Shown here in pieces: positions 63,352 through 64,000 of a stretch of DNA of 64,000 nt (position 1 is the first letter of the stretch; every line of letters starts with the position of its first letter). Below the pieces are notes generated by a model. It ran no database searches, was not told the origin of the DNA, and saw only the letters and a list, made by a program, of their open reading frames with translations. Position numbers and translations under genes: made by a program. This DNA is from an uncultured Verrucomicrobiae bacterium (GTDB taxonomy: Bacteria > Verrucomicrobiota > Verrucomicrobiia > Palsa-1439): NCBI GenBank assembly GCA_963812605.1, contig CAWEWF010000004.1, forward strand, positions 362,143 through 426,142, written 5' to 3'.

Positions 63352-64000
63352 CTAGTTAAACGCGGCGACCTCGTAGTAATACGTCGTCGAGGGGCTGGGG
63401 TAGAAATCCGTGAAGTTGGTGACATTCGCTCCCACGTTGCCAATCACACCCCAATATCCATTGGATGATGTGGCCCGCGAGATTTGAAATCCGGTTTCGT
63501 TGTTCGACTTGTCCTGCCAGTTGAGCGTGATGGAAGAAACGGTCACCGCGGTAACCGTCAGGTTCGTAGGCGACGCGGGATCTCCCGGCAATGGCCCAAG
63601 CGTCGTCACACAAAAAGACGAACTCATCGACGACTTGTTCCCCGCGTTATCCAGGGCGACAATCGTGTAGCAGTACAGCGTATTCGATGACAAACCGGTC
63701 TCGGAGAAGCTGTTCTCCGTGGTCGTCGTGATCAGGACGCCATTGCGATAGACCTGGTACCCTGCCAAACCCAGCCCGCTGAAGTCAATCGAGGGCGCCC
63801 ATGTGACGGTGATCTGGGCCTTCGAAACGGCCGCAGCCATTCCTCCACTCGGGGTCGATGGCACACCGGTGGTGCCGGCGGCGCTGGAGGAGTTGATGTC
63901 GACACGGTAGAACTTCTGCGGATTGATCGCATTGGGGTCGGTAACCGTGATCTGATTGCCGTTTGTAAACGGCCCGAGGTAACCCGCGAGCGGCGACCAA
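63352..64000 (-). CDS. fibronectin type III repeat protein, C-terminal part (runs off the window)
   Basis: GYQVYRNG...YTIVALDNAGN; PTNL...LNWQD...YYYEVAAFN. Confidence 0.85.
   Translation of the reverse strand, partial: WSPLAGYLGPFTNGNQITVTDPNAINPQKFYRVDINSSSAAGTTGVPSTPSGGMAAAVSKAQITVTWAPSIDFSGLGLAGYQVYRNGVLITTTTENSFSETGLSSNTLYCYTIVALDNAGNKSSMSSSFCVTTLGPLPGDPASPTNLTVTAVTVSSITLNWQDKSNNETGFQISRATSSNGYWGVIGNVGANVTNFTDFYPSPSTTYYYEVAAFN

Noticed and set aside
1-64000. tRNA, rRNA, integrase, reverse transcriptase or cas genes
   Set aside because: None recognised by eye; tRNAscan-SE and HMM searches were not run

Overview
GC-rich bacterial DNA, most likely Verrucomicrobiota/PVC (inferred from a Minf_1886-type gene, a prepilin/H-X9-DG gene and a DUF4912-GH57 pair). 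Many conserved genes are split by single-base indels, which looks like uncorrected long-read error, so pseudogene calls are unsafe. In order: vapBC; a small accessory block with a GIY-YIG nuclease; a truncated IS110 with an apparently intact bridge RNA inserted into a REP element; a TetR-HlyD-ABC efflux operon; an S53 protease; a ~16 kb Wzm/Wzt glycan cluster with a 105-bp-repeat coiled coil; a PvuII-like R-M island; an ABC-F gene; a second AT-richer island; then housekeeping genes (DUF4912, GH57, ACT protein, transglutaminase, rubrerythrin-VIT1, PL10, Bcp, ATP-cone kinase, aquaporin, mutS). The best candidate for an undescribed system is 38636-41204: three conserved 60-bp hairpin modules about 400 bp apart, each followed at the same distance by a sigma70-like promoter, feeding an operon of two related winged-helix-like proteins and a TIR/NDT-like effector. 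All family assignments come from motif recognition and recall, not database searches.
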